DNA of 64,000 nt. It comes from Felis catus. Taxonomy: Eukaryota. The first letter of the stretch is position 1, and each line of letters starts with the position of its first letter. Made by a program: the position numbers and the translations under genes. Positions 25,102 to 38,734 of the stretch are shown in pieces. The notes beneath the pieces are model-generated. The model was given only the letters and a program-made list of their open reading frames with translations. It ran no database searches and was not told where the DNA came from. The DNA lies in assembly GCF_018350175.1 (NCBI RefSeq), contig NC_058368.1:209190001-209254000 (forward strand). Reading direction: 5' to 3'.

Positions 25102-25566
25102 GTAAGAAATAAAAATGTAATGATAATGTTTGTACATAATGGTTTAGAACTGAGTAACAACACATTTTAAGTAGTTGACATTTTTATCAAATATTTGTTC
25201 TGAATTCTAAGTAGAAACATAGAAAGTGATTAGGAATATTTAACAGTTTACTCACTTTATGGTAGAAATGAGTCTGTCTTTAAAATTATTAAATTGGGGT
25301 ACCTAACTGGCTCAGTTGGTAGAGCATGTGACTCTTGATCTCAGGGTCATGAGTTCAAGCCCCATCCTGGGTGTAGAGCTTACTTAAAAAATTTTGTGGG
25401 GACAGGGGAGATACCTATGTGGCTCAGTTGGTTGAGCATGCAACTCTTGATTTTGGCTCAGGTCATGATCTCATGGTTCATGAGTTTAAGCCCTGTGTCT
25501 GGCTCTGTGCTGGTAATGCAGAGTCTGCTTGAGATTTTCCCTCCCTCTCTCTCTGCTCCACCCCTG

Positions 25567-25597
<31 letters not shown>

Positions 25598-27100
25598 AAA
25601 ATAACTAAATAAACTTAAAAAAAATTTTTTAGGGACGCCTGGGTAGCTCCGTTGGTTAAGTGTCCGACTGTAGCGCAGATCATGATCTCGTGGTTTGTGG
25701 GTTTGAGCCCCGCTTCGGGCTCTTTGCTAACAGCTCAGAGCCTGGAGCCTACGTTGGGTTCTGTGACTCTTCTCTCTGCCCTCTCCTGGCTCACACTCTG
25801 TCTGTCTCTCTCTCTCTTTCAACAATAAGTAAACATTAAAAAAAAATTAAAAGAAAAATTTTTTTAATAAAATTGTTAAACTATAATTTCTGCATTTTAT
25901 CTTGCTTATTTTTTGTTACTCTTTGATGATTTACCTAAAGTTTTTTGCATTATACATTTTTCATCAGTTAGTAAATTTAATGTTAAAAACCATTTTTGTC
26001 TCTGCGTTTTTGGTTTGTTTTCTTTTTGTGGGTCTTTTTTCCTTCTTGAGAGTGAGAGAGAGACTGATTGCCAGAGCACACTCAGAGGAGGGGCAGAAGG
26101 AGAGGGAGAGAGAGACTCTTAGCAGGCTCTGCACCCAGCACAGAGCCCCACCAGGGGCTTGATCTCACCACCATGAGATCATGACCTGAGCTGAAATCAA
26201 GAGTTGAACATTTAACTGACTGAGCCATGCAGGCGCCCCATCTCTGCATTTTTTTTTTTTTAGTCTTGATGTCCAATGGAAATGAAAAGAGAATTCAGAA
26301 TAAATCTTAAAGAAGTGAGAAGTGGTGTTTAATTTAACAGTTTCAACTTCATTATACAGATTTTTTATCAGAGCTAATGACAAAATAATGGATTGATTTA
26401 AATTTAATATAGATTTTTTTTTGATATATGGGAAATCTTACTACAATGGGAAATAGTAGACAAAATTGTTTGTAATGCCTGAATAAAATTTTGAGGTCAC
26501 AACTGTTTTGAAGTTATAATTCACATGGTGCAAACATGTAGTCTTAAACAGTTTATGTGATTATATTATAAACTTATTTCCTTAACATAGAACCTCAAAG
26601 TATTCTGAATCCTGAGGTATGTATCTCTCTTTTCTTCATTTAAAAGTTTATTCATAATAACAGTCAACGACTGTTCCTGCCCTCTGTTGTAATAAACATA
26701 AATTGTCCGTCTAAGGTAAATACTAAAATCTTGTACTACTCAAACGTAAACTTCAGTGCAAAATTAAAATTATGGCATAGTCTTTGATATGGCAACAAAG
26801 GTGTTATCTTTGATAATGAAACAATTCTGGCTTTTCTATCAGTAAATACTGAAAATTTTGACTCTTGAATGTAATGTTAAAGCTGACGAAGTCCATATAT
26901 TACTTTGCCTTTTGCAAGAAAATACTATTCTTGGGGCATCTGGGTGACTCAGTTGGTTAAGCGTCCGACTCTTGATTTCAGCTTAGGTCATGATGTCACA
27001 GTTTGTGGGATTGAACCCCTCGTCAGGCTCTGTGCTGTCAGTGCATAGCCTGCTTGGGATTCTCTCCCTCTCTCTCTCCCCCTTCCACACATGCACACAT

Positions 27101-27193
<93 letters not shown>

Positions 27194-29949
27194 AAATAAA
27201 GTATTTTTGAAGTTAAAGTCATTGTTTTCTTTTTTTCTTTTTTTTTTTTAATGTTTCATTTATTTTTGAGACAGGGAGAGACAGAGCATGAACAGGGGAG
27301 GGTCAGAGAGAGTGAGACACAGAATCTGAAACAGTCTCCAGGCTCTGAGCTGTCAGCACAGAGCCCGACGCGGGGCTCGAACTCACGGACTGAGAGATCA
27401 TGACCTGAGCCAAAGTCGGACACTTAACCGACTGAGCCACCCAGGCGCCCTTAAAGTCATTGTTTTCTAAGTCAGGCTTTTTGGCATGAGTTTGCTTTAT
27501 TGGTGAATTCTGTGTAAGCAAGAAGAGTATGAATACATGTTTCAATTTTATGATTGTTGGAATAAAACATAGGAATTCTTCAGTGATTTTTAGCATTTGC
27601 AGGTTTTTGTCTACAGACAAATTGACAAGGTTTAGTTATTTTTTGAGTTCAGGGAAGCATTTCTCATGTATTGAAAGATTCACATAGTTGTCTAGTTTCA
27701 ATCTCCTCTTCTTGGGAGGTAACTTACCTGAAAGAGCTAATGGCTTTTGGACATTATTCATTATATTGATTGTGAGTGATTAGTGGTTATGAGTCAATTT
27801 ACCTCATCTGTATGACCCAGTGGGACTGCCACCAAAGTCAAATCATATGTAAACTCCTTCCTGGAAGTTATTCTTGGAATGGTCTTTCTTTGTGTTTCGA
27901 ATACAGTAAACCTCCTACCTCAAATGTAGTCAGTTCTGTCTATCTATTTATTTAGAGAGTGTGCAAGCGACAGGGGAGGGGCAGGTGGAGAGGGAGGGAG
28001 AGAGAGAATATTAAGCAGGCTCCATGCTTTGTGCGAGCCCAATATGGGGATCATTCCCACAACCCTGGGATCATGACCTGAGTCAAAAGCAAGAGTTGGA
28101 TGCTTAACTGACTGAGCCACCCAAACACCCTTAGTCAATTACTTCTGGAAAGCCAGTGGACTTTGCAGTAGAAGAGAAGAGCTTTGTATTTTCATTTCTG
28201 AACCAACATCTCTTGAAAAGGTACCAATTCATACTGTCATTGAAGTTGCCTTAGAAGTTGAAGGTACCATTGGCCAAGTTTTCAGTGCCAAAGCATGCCT
28301 TTGTAAAAATGCAGTGAGTTATGTATGGTTCTGTTGAGTTTCTTCATCAAAGCAGCAAAAGCAGATGGGTTAGCAAAGGATCTTAAGTGCTTATATTTGT
28401 GCACAAGTATTACACTTTTTCTTTCAAAACTTTTTCAAAACCTTAAAACCTTTTCATTCAAAAGTAGTGAAATTTGGAACTGGTCCACAGACCTAAACAA
28501 CTTATGTTAATTTCTAAAAGGTGCTAATAAGATAATGCACTTTATAGGTAAGAAGTGAAGGTTGACAAAAGGAAGAAATGTCAGTCATTTAACCTTGCTG
28601 CATCCTGAAGGGAGATGGCTTCCATTTCTACCATTTTCTGTTGCAAAATACTTGAATAAATGATGAGAGATTTAGAGAAGATGACATCATTTGACAAGAT
28701 ACTACTTTCCTTACCTTTCTTTACTCAAAGTCGTAAACCAGCTCCATCATCCATAGAATTCCTACTTCACTAGAGTTTCTGTAATCAGAGATGACTTCTT
28801 TGGCATCGCCTGGTGACTGAATACTTTGAGATAAGGTTTCTATTAAGGAAAACATAAGTTTTCATAAAGTTTAGGCTTTTTAAGTCAGTTTTTCATGAAA
28901 TATCAGGTATATTTTGAGTTCATTAGGTGGAAGATCTGTGCCTTCAGCCTAACTGACTGGAAGCTTGATACACAAAGCTGACTTTTGTACCCCTCAGTGT
29001 TCATCAGTGAAAGTAAAAGTTTTGTACTTTCTGTGGCATTATATACGTTTAAGCAGGCCAAAGGTATATACATGAAGAGATGTCCATAATTGTAACATAA
29101 GATATATTTCCTTTTATTCCTATCAGTAAGGCACTGTTTTTGGACATTGTAACATGACGTGTCATCTCGTGCCTGTACGCATTTCTTAATGTTAATACCA
29201 TAAAAAGAAAATAAAGTTAAACAGTACCTCAGCATGAGTTTTTTAAAAAGCTTGCACTTGGTAATGTCCCCTCTGAAACTATAAATTATCTGATTTTGAT
29301 ATATAAATTCATCTGGGAAACTCATTTAATATATGAACTCATATCTGTTTCTATGAATTTGACTATAGGCATCTGACGTAAGTGGAATTATATGGTATTT
29401 TTTCTTTGCGACTGGTTTATTTCACTTATAATGATCTTAAGATTCATTCCTGTTACAGTATGTGTCTGAATTTCCTTTTTAAAGACTGGATCATATTCTA
29501 TTTTATTGTATATGTAGACCACATTTTGTTTATCCATTCATCTGTTGGTGGACACTTGAATTGCTTCCACTTTTTAGGTACTGTGAATGATGCTGCTGTG
29601 AATGTGGTTGTACAAATAGAAAGCTTTATATTTTAATAAACAGACTATTTTATGCCATTCTGCTTTTGGAATTAAAAGTTTTTTTTAATACAGTTTTTAA
29701 AATTTATTTTGAGAGAGAGCACATGTGCATGCACGCAGCGGGGAGCGGGGAGGCCAGAGAAGGAAGGAGAGAGAGAATCCCAAGCAGTCTCCACACTTTC
29801 AGTGCATAGCCCAGCATGGGGCTTGAACTTACAAACTGTGAGATCATGACTTGAGCTGAGATCAAGAGTCGGACCCTTACCTGACTGAGCCATTCAGGTG
29901 CACCATGTAATGCTGATTTTAAATGTCATTAAATACTGAAGTGCTTCTT

Positions 29950-29961
29950 TTATTTTTTTTA

Positions 29962-30003
<42 letters not shown>

Positions 30004-30424
30004 AGAGAGAGAGCTTGCATGAGAGGAGTGGTAGGTTAGAGAAAGAGAGAGAGAGAATCCCAAGCAGGCTCCTTGCTGTTAGTGTGGGGCATGATGTGGG
30101 CTTCAGTCTCAAGAACCATGAGATCATGGGGTTCCTGGGTCATTCACTCAGTTAAGCATCTGACTTCGGCTCAGGTTATGATCTCACGGTTTGTGGGTTC
30201 AAGCCCCACGTTAGGTTCTGTGCTGACAGCTCTGAGCCTAGAGCCTGCTTCAGATTCTATGTCTCCCTCTCTCTCTGCTGCCCCTTCCCCCTGCCCACTC
30301 ATGCTATGTCTCTCAAAAATAAAAATAAACGTTAAAAAAAAAAAAAAAGATAGAACCGTGAGATCAAGACCTGAGCTGAAACCAAGAGTCTATCGCTTAA
30401 CTGACTGAGCCAACCAGGTGCCCC
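29950..30424 (-). mobile_element. Antisense Can-SINE containing a nested sense Can-SINE (30128-30350)
   Basis: Inner TSD agaacc(a/g)tgagatca at 30112/30352; outer TSD ctgaagtg(c/t)ttcttt at 29936/30424. Confidence 0.88.
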
Positions 30425-30780
30425 TGAAGTGTTTCTTTTTTAATATTGTTCTTTTTTGTATTACTATTTACTTATTTAAATGATCACAGGTAGTAATATT
30501 TTAACATCAAATTAAAGTGAGTTCAGACATTTCATATACTATTTAAAGGATTTTTGGTTTTTTTTTTTTAAGTAGCCTCCACACCCAACGTGGGGCTTGA
30601 ATTCACGACCTCAGGATCAAGAGTCTCATCCTTTACCCACTGATTCAGCCAAGGTGTCCCCTTCATATACTATTTAATCACTAGTTCATTTTAATGATAA
30701 AGCCATTGGTCTATTAGTGCTTAAATAGTGTAAGTGGAGTTTTTTGGAATAATCCCTAACCCATGTCTCCTCTATCTTAG

Positions 30781-30873
30781 GCATCTTTCAACCTCATGTA
30801 CGGCACCTGCTGGTTTTGGCAACCCCTGTGGATATAGTGATTCTTGGACTTAGCTATGCTAATTTACAAACAG
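30781..30873 (+). CDS. NUP155: NUP155 exon 5
   Basis: [30 protein letters not shown]; 93 nt. Confidence 0.96.
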
Positions 30874-31638
30874 GTATAGCAATCCATATGTGGTATTTTA
30901 AAAATAAACATGTTAGCCAGTTTAATATAATTAAAAGCTAATGTTTTTGACTAAGTTAACTTTCCAGACTATTTGCTCATAGCAAAATAATATTTCCCCA
31001 CAGGGATGGTACCTTTCAGGTTAGTAGCTTCACCAAACAAGTATTTTGAATATGTTTACCATATTAACATACACTCCTTAAATGTACAATATAAAATGGT
31101 AGTAAAAGAGAAACAGTTGACACTAGCGAGTTTTTCCAGTAGTGCTTTCAATTTCTTCGTTTCTAGTTTTTTGAATAGCCATTTTAACATACACAATACC
31201 GAAATGTACAATCTTTCCTTTAACATAAGAAGACCTTGGTTTATTACTAGTACATTCAGTGGTTTCTTTTGCATTGTGGCAATCTGGGTGAAATGTTGAA
31301 TTTCAGTGACTCAAATTAATGATTATTACTATCACATCCTTAGGCTTGTTTGTAAAATTTAATAATTTGGGAGAGTTTTTGATGTATAATGTTACATATA
31401 TTAAACTTATTATATGTTATAAATTTTTTATGTATGTACATATTATAGGTTCTATTTAACTTGAATAAATTGTATCAGACTTTTTACAATAATTTAAAAA
31501 TTATGTTCTACAAGCTTTTGGATAGATCAATAAGAATTCAGTAAAAATAACAATTCTGAAGATAATGCAGTGATTGTCTCAAACTTTAAACAAGCTCATA
31601 AGCTGATTCCTGTGTTCTTTCTTTAAAAAAAAAAATAG

Positions 31639-31805
31639 GTTCTGGAGTTCTTAATGACAGTATGTGTGGTGGAATGCAGTTGCTTCCAGATCCCTTATAT
31701 TCTCTTCCCACTGATAATACTTACCTTTTAACAATAACTTCCACTGATAATGGCAGAATTTTCTTGGCTGGAAAGGACGGCTGTTTATATGAAGTAGCAT
31801 ACCAA
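31639..31805 (+). CDS. NUP155: NUP155 exon 6
   Basis: [30 protein letters not shown]...YEVAYQ; 167 nt; overlaps ORF 31662..31895. Confidence 0.96.
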
Positions 31806-32088
31806 GTAAGTCTAGCATTTATAAACATTTTTTTGTCTCTCTTGATTTTTTTCATTTTTAGGAATAGCTTTTGCTTTTGTTTTCTAATTATATAAGCATA
31901 CTAATAAATTCTTAGGGAAAGTATTCATACATACAGTTAAAACCGTAGTCTTCCATGACTATACCATGCCTATGAAACCTAGTCCTCTCTTCTAGAAATA
32001 AATAGCATTATCAGTTCTGAATATTATTTTTTTAGAAAATGATCCACTGATAATTGTAACTATAGCTATGTATTTATGTAAGTATGTC

Positions 32089-32135
<47 letters not shown>

Positions 32136-34136
32136 ATACAATTACATAATGTACTTTTCTGTATGTATGCTTTTACTTAGGTTATTACTTATTGTTACAT
32201 AATTGGCTTCTCACTAAATTGTTGCTTTGTGATTACTGCATATTTGTCTGTAAAATGCAGACAATTGTTAACAATTTTCTTCTTCTTTTTTTTTTAATTT
32301 TTTAAAAATTTATTTTGAAAAAGAGGAACGGGGGGAGAGAGAGAATCCCAAGCAGGCTCTGTGCTGTCAGTGCAGCCTGAATTTGGGCTCGAATTCATGA
32401 ACTGTGAGATCATGACCTGAACCAAAATCAGGAGTCAGATGCTCAACTGACTGAGCCACCCAGGCGCCCCTTAGCAAATCCTTTCTTGATGGACTTCTAA
32501 GTTTTCAGTTTCTCTCTTCACAAATAATGCTTTTGCAGGCCTCCGTTGTATATGTGTAGATACTTTTTTGTTTAGAGACTTTTAATTCTAATGGTTGGGT
32601 TATAGAGTATATGCATTTAAAATTGTATTTTCATGTTTTCATATTGCCCTCTAAGAGTTTTAGACTCTTAGCAGGCTTCTGTGAATGTACCCCACCACCA
32701 ACCCCCACTAATGCTACTATTATCAAATTTACTAATTTTGGCTGATGTGATTAGAGGGAAAATTTTTTTTTTTCTGGTTGAGTTGAGGGAGGATCTTTTC
32801 ATTTATTTTTGGTCATGTATGTTTTCTCTACTCTGAAATGCCCTTTTATGTCTTATCCCTATTGTATTACTGCCTTTTTCATAAGGTAAATGTTAGGGGA
32901 CTGATAAAGTAACATTCTTAGAGTCACATAATTAGTGGCAGAGCTAGGACGACAACCCTGCTCAGCTGTGTTTTTTATATTACATAGTATCTCTTACCCA
33001 TTTTCTCTTGGCTTTGTTCATTATCAAAAAAGTAGGGAGGGGCACCTGGATGGCTCAGTTAGTTGAGTGTCCAACTTCGGCTCGATCATGATCTCGTGGT
33101 TCAAGAGTTTGAGCCCTGCATTGGGCTCTGTGTGGGCAGCTCAGAGCCTGGAGCCTGCTTTGGATTCTGTGTCTCCCTCTTTCTCTGCCCTCCCCTGCTT
33201 GACCTCTGTCTCCCCCTCTCAAAAATAAATAACTAAAAAAAAAAAAAAAAAAGGTCTTGTATGGCAAAAGTCAGTCATTGAGAAGTACACTGTAGACTGT
33301 GATTGTGATGGCTGCTGTTGTTAAAATTTCTTTTTAGCTGAAGTGGGAAGAGATGATACAGGTGCCTCTCTCCTGTGTTCTTTGAGCTCTTATAAACTGC
33401 ACTTACTTGGTTTACTGCTTTTATTTTTTATTTATTTAAAAAAATTAAAAAAAATTTTTTTTAACATTTATTTATTTTTGAGAGAGAGCATGAGCATGGG
33501 AGGGGCAGAGAGAGGGAGACACAGAATGCAAAGCAGTCTCCAGGCTCCGAGCTGTCAGCCCAGAGCCTGATGCGGGTCTCAAACTCACACACTGCGAGAT
33601 CATGACCTGAGCTGAAGTCAGATGCTTAACCAACTAAGCCACCCAGGTGCCCCTATTTTTAAATATTTATTTTTGAGAGGGGTGGGGAGGGGCAGAGAGA
33701 GGGGGAAATACAGAATCTGAAGCAGGCTCCGGGCTCTGAGCTGTCGGCACAGAGCCCGACGCAGGGCTCAAACCCACAAGCCCTGAGATATGACCTGAAC
33801 CGAAGTTGGATGCTTAACCTACCGAGCCACCCATGTGCCCTTGCTTTACTGCTTTTAAATAAAAGAATTTTTAAGATAACTAAAATATGGATGTATTAAC
33901 AGCACTGTGAGGTTTTGAAATAGCTGATTTCATTGAGAGCAGTGATATGATTATGGCTAACTACATTTTCTGTCTTTAATTAAAGGACTAAACAATATTC
34001 TGAATAGTATGTCTATTGACAGTTGTTGGTATTTCATTACCATTTGAGGATTTTTGTACACATGGGTATATGGTAGTTGCTTTGATGGGTGTACCTACAT
34101 TTACAGGTCTTCCTTCTTTCAATTTTTCCTTTTAAG

Positions 34137-34242
34137 GCAGAAGCAGGTTGGTTTAGCCAAAGATGTAGGAAAATAAACCACTCAAAGAGTGCACTTTCTT
34201 TCCTTGTTCCTTCATTGCTACAGTTTACATTCTCAGAAGATG
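34137..34242 (+). CDS. NUP155: NUP155 exon 7
   Basis: [35 protein letters not shown]; 106 nt. Confidence 0.96.
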
Positions 34243-35023
34243 GTAAGTAGAAAACAATAAATTTGGCAGACAGTTTTTTTTTTTAAACAGATTGTTGACT
34301 TCACAGTTTTCTTAAGAAATTCTTTTTTTTTAATGCTTATTTATTTTGGGGCTGGGGGAGCAGAGACAGAGACAGAGACAGAGAATCCCAAGCAGGTTCT
34401 GCACTTGTGCCTGACTTAGGGCTCAGACTCACAAACCATGACATTATGACCTGAGCCCAGATCAAGAGTTGGGCACTAAACTGACTGAGCCACCCAGGTG
34501 CCCCCAGAAATTCTCATTCTTAACTAAAAGTTTGTCTTATTAAATAACATTTGGTATATATTCATAAGGTGTTTAAAGGAAGAAGAGATTATAAAATAGA
34601 CAGAGTTGGTTTTATTCCCAAGTTCCTATGAATGTAGCATCACAGAGCGTGGGTCTAAAATAGCTGTATGTACTTAAACCAATACTGTGTATATGTGAGA
34701 GAGAGAGAGAAACCTCTAATACATGTTTTGTCTGTCTAGAACAAATTGAATATGAGTAAATGAATATATCTGAGTTTTTAATAGAATTAGAGATTTAGGC
34801 AGGTGAAATAATTAAAAACTAGTGAGATAAGATAAATACATTCAAAAAACATTGTGACTGAAGTTTTAAGCTTTTTCCCTTCATGCAGTGATTCATTAAA
34901 CTAAACTGGAAGTTTCTTGAACACACTGAGTATAATTATTTCTGTGTTTCTAGCATATAGTAAACAGTCATTAAATGTTGGATGAAGAAATAAGAATAAT
35001 GTAGAGTTTTTTTTGTCTTATAG

Positions 35024-35097
35024 ATCCTATTCTTCAAATTGCAATTGATAATTCTAGAAATATTTTATATACACGATCTGAGAAAGGAGTAATACAG
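35024..35097 (+). CDS. NUP155: NUP155 exon 8
   Basis: [24 protein letters not shown]; 74 nt. Confidence 0.96.
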
Positions 35098-35632
35098 GTA
35101 AGTATTAATATTACACCGCCATTTAAGTGGGGGGAAGAACATCCCTGTTTTTAAGAAGGAGATTCAGTTACTCAGCCTTTTCCTATAGGCTGTGTGCTTT
35201 TTTAAAAAACTACTTCTCGGAGTGCCTGGGTGGCTCAGTCAGTTAAGCATCTGACTTCAGGTCATGATCTCATGGTTTGTGAGTTCGAGCCCCACATCAG
35301 GCTCTGTGCTGACAGCTCAGAGCCCGGAGCCTGCTTCCGATTCTGTGTCTCCCCTCTCTCTCTCTGCCCCTCCCCTGCTCAGGCTCTGTCTCTCTCTGTG
35401 TCTCTAAAATCAATAAACGTTAAAAAAAATTCTTTAAAAAAAACTACTTCTCAGGGTCCCTTTATTGTGAAATTTTAAATCTCTGAATGTTACCAAATCT
35501 GTTTGAAGTGCCACAATTAAAGGATCCCTGAAAAAGAGGAGTCTCTTTAATAAAATATTACTTAAAAGATTATTTTGTAAAGTACACATGGGTTATAGTT
35601 ATGTTTAAGTGGGTACAATTTTTTATTCACAG

Positions 35633-35724
35633 GTTTATGATTTGGGCCACGATGGACAAGGAATGAGCAGAGTTGCCTCAGTTTCGCAGAATTCTATTGT
35701 CTCTGCTGCTGGAAACATTGCTAG
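35633..35724 (+). CDS. NUP155: NUP155 exon 9
   Basis: [30 protein letters not shown]; 92 nt. Confidence 0.96.
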
Positions 35725-37433
35725 GTAATATGTAATTTATTGTCAGACATTTCATTTACAGGCATAGTTAAGCTATTTGTGTACAGCATACGAAGATTCT
35801 TTTCTCTTCAAAATATCTCTAAAAGATCAGGAATGCTGAAGGAGATGACATTGGAGGCTCTGTTTGAGCTGCTAGAGAAAGACTCTTAATTCTGAAGTTG
35901 GATGGTTTGAAACAAGGCAGACTGGTTTTACAGTGTAAAGTACAGTTTGACATGTTTAGGTTGTCTGTACAGGCAATTACAGGAGTTATGACTAAGAAAC
36001 TACATGCCTCAAAGTTCCCCACTTGTAAACACTCCAACCTTTTAACAGGCCTGCGTTGTATAAGATTAGTTGGTCTGATAATTGACACAAGTGCCCTTTG
36101 GGAATACAGGAACTTTACAGTCGTATTGTCCGCATTGTATTCTTGAGGAAACTAAAACTAATGAGTGTGATGATTTATCTGAAGTGTGACTCCTCAATAA
36201 ATACTAGAATCAAGGCTACAGCCAAGTCTTCAGACACTATACACTATGATTTACATGTATCACAACTAATTTAGCTCAAGTGAGAAAATTCTCTTATAAC
36301 AAAGGCCTCAAATTTTCAGCTTCAGTTTTCTGTGTGCTTGGGTCATTGCTGCATTGAGATATCCTAGTGAAAAATCAATGTTTTCTTTGCTTTTCAGGGA
36401 CAAAAAAAATTCTCAAGGCAGACCATCTAAAACAAAGTTTTTCCTTTTTCGGCTCCTGACTTTTTTTTTCTTTTTTCTTTTTTTTTTTTTTTTTTTTTTT
36501 GAATTGTTTTCAAATCCCAGAAAAACTAGAAGAGCAGCATGGTAAAAACTGATACACCCTTTATCCAAATTTAACAGTTGTTAACCATTTTCCCTTATTT
36601 GCTGACTTTCTTTCTTATGAACTACTTGAAAGTAACTTGCAGACATGACTTGACATGACTTTCCTCCTTACATCCTTCAGCCTTCATTTCCCAACTCTCT
36701 TATATAAGCACAATACCAATTCCACACCTAAAATAATTAATAATTTTGTGATACTATCTTGTAATTATACAGTTCATATTAAATTACTTAATAGTCCCAG
36801 AAATCTTTTGTAACAGTTTTTCTTTTCATTTTTCTCCAGATTCAGTCAGAGCCCGTGAATTACATTGGTCATTTGTCTTATTGACATAGAACAGATGTCT
36901 CACTGTCTTTCTTTTTCCCTACATTTGGTGGGGTGCTGGAGTCTTATTTGTAGAATATCTCATTTTCTGTATTTGTCTTTTTCATTGTCATTAGATTAAA
37001 AAAATAGACAATTTTTTTTTTTTTGGCCAGTATTACATAGATGATGTGAACTCCTTGTAGTGTTACATCAGTAGGTACCCATTACCAGTTTTTGCACTAT
37101 GGAATACTTGGCTAAGGTGCTGTTTACCAGGTCTCTCTGTTATAAAGTTTCATTTTTCCTTCTTTTTATTTAGTGGTAATCTTTACAATGATAATTTGAT
37201 GCTCTGAGAACCCCTTGTTCCTCATTAACCATTTACCCAATGGAATTAGTCTTTTATGATCTTTCAGAAAAGGGTTACTTGTAACAATATTAATGTAAAC
37301 TCATATTTAGGGGGTTTTGCTGGCGCTTGCTGCTGTTGTATTAATTTTCTAAGAAGTTAGTCTTATTTTAGCATATTTAGATGTTTAGTAGACCATTTTA
37401 AAAATAAACTTTAGTTTTTTTCCTTTCTTGTAG

Positions 37434-37531
37434 GACCATAGATCGTTCTGTTTTTAAGCCAATTGTTCAAATAGCAGTGATTGAAAATTCTGAATCGCTG
37501 GATTGTCAGTTATTGGCAGTCACACATGCAG
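37434..37531 (+). CDS. NUP155: NUP155 exon 10
   Basis: [32 protein letters not shown]; 98 nt. Confidence 0.96.
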
Positions 37532-38031
37532 GTATGTTGTTTAATTCATATGTCTGCTATTGCTGTTAGAACTTGATAATCTGCAGATTTGGAAAATTAT
37601 TATTAGAAATATATTTTTATTTGTGTATTAATTATCAAGCAATATTAATAACTCATTAAGTTAAAGATTTTGAAAATTAATTAGAAATTTTTCCCTGGTT
37701 CTTTCTCCTCATTTTATAGATGTAAAGCTAGGCCTAAAAAGTAAAGTGGCTAATATTCAGTGACAGAGCCTGAATAGGAACAAGGACTCCCTTGGCTTAA
37801 AATTGCAGATTCTTTCTACTAAAATGTGTTGATTCACCTGTCAGTTCCAAGTGACAGTTTCTTAGAAATCTACTTCAGGTCATATTACATATGAGGACTT
37901 TGCATCAGTCAGGAAAGTGATGTGTGGCTTTAACAGGTGTCTGGTGTTACTCTGTGGAATTGCTTCAATAACACATATACCTCGAGATTTTCATTTTCTG
38001 TTACTGATGTATAATTTTACTCCATCATCAG

Positions 38032-38184
38032 GTGTAAGGTTATATTTCAGCACTTGTCCATTCAGACAGCCATTAGCACGACCTAACACATTGACACTGG
38101 TTCACGTTCGCTTACCTCCTGGATTCTCAGCATCTTCAACAGTGGAAAAACCTTCAAAAGTACATAAAGCACTTTACAGTAAAG
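38032..38184 (+). CDS. NUP155: NUP155 exon 11
   Basis: [50 protein letters not shown]; 153 nt. Confidence 0.96.
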
Positions 38185-38734
38185 GTAAATTCTGAAATAC
38201 TATCAGATTTAAGATTGGGGTTTTTTTTAATTGTTAAAATTAGAATGTCTTTTGAGCCATTTGAAAATAACAAATTTTCCAATAAAATTTAGAATGTTTT
38301 AGTTTTTTACCTTAATTATGGTTTTAAAACCTAGAACCTTAATGGACTTAAGACTGATGTCACTAAAGTCAATATAAAGGAAAGAAGTTAGCGGGAGGGG
38401 CTAGAATTGAGCACAGCAGACTAAATTTCAAAATCAAACTGTCATGTCAACTAGTATTGCTGAGATGATGCTTTTATAGTCTTTTTTATCTCTGCCATTC
38501 CACTAGTTTAGCTTCATCATTTTTATTCATGATGTGTTTGGGATAACCAGTACATGAATTTCTATTTCATTGAATATTAGATACCATTGACTGAAAGTGA
38601 CAACATTTTTATGTACTAAATATGCTTTTTTAAAGTTAATAATTAATTCATAAGCCCATTGATTACAAACTATATCCTAACTTTAGAAATTTTAAGATGT
38701 TGGGGTACCTAGGTAGTTCAGTTGATTGAGCATC

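Noticed and set aside
27480..29300. Possible degraded DNA transposon (hAT-like) coding remnant in intron 4
   Set aside because: I could not identify TIRs, a TSD or a convincing transposase translation by eye; needs RepeatMasker.
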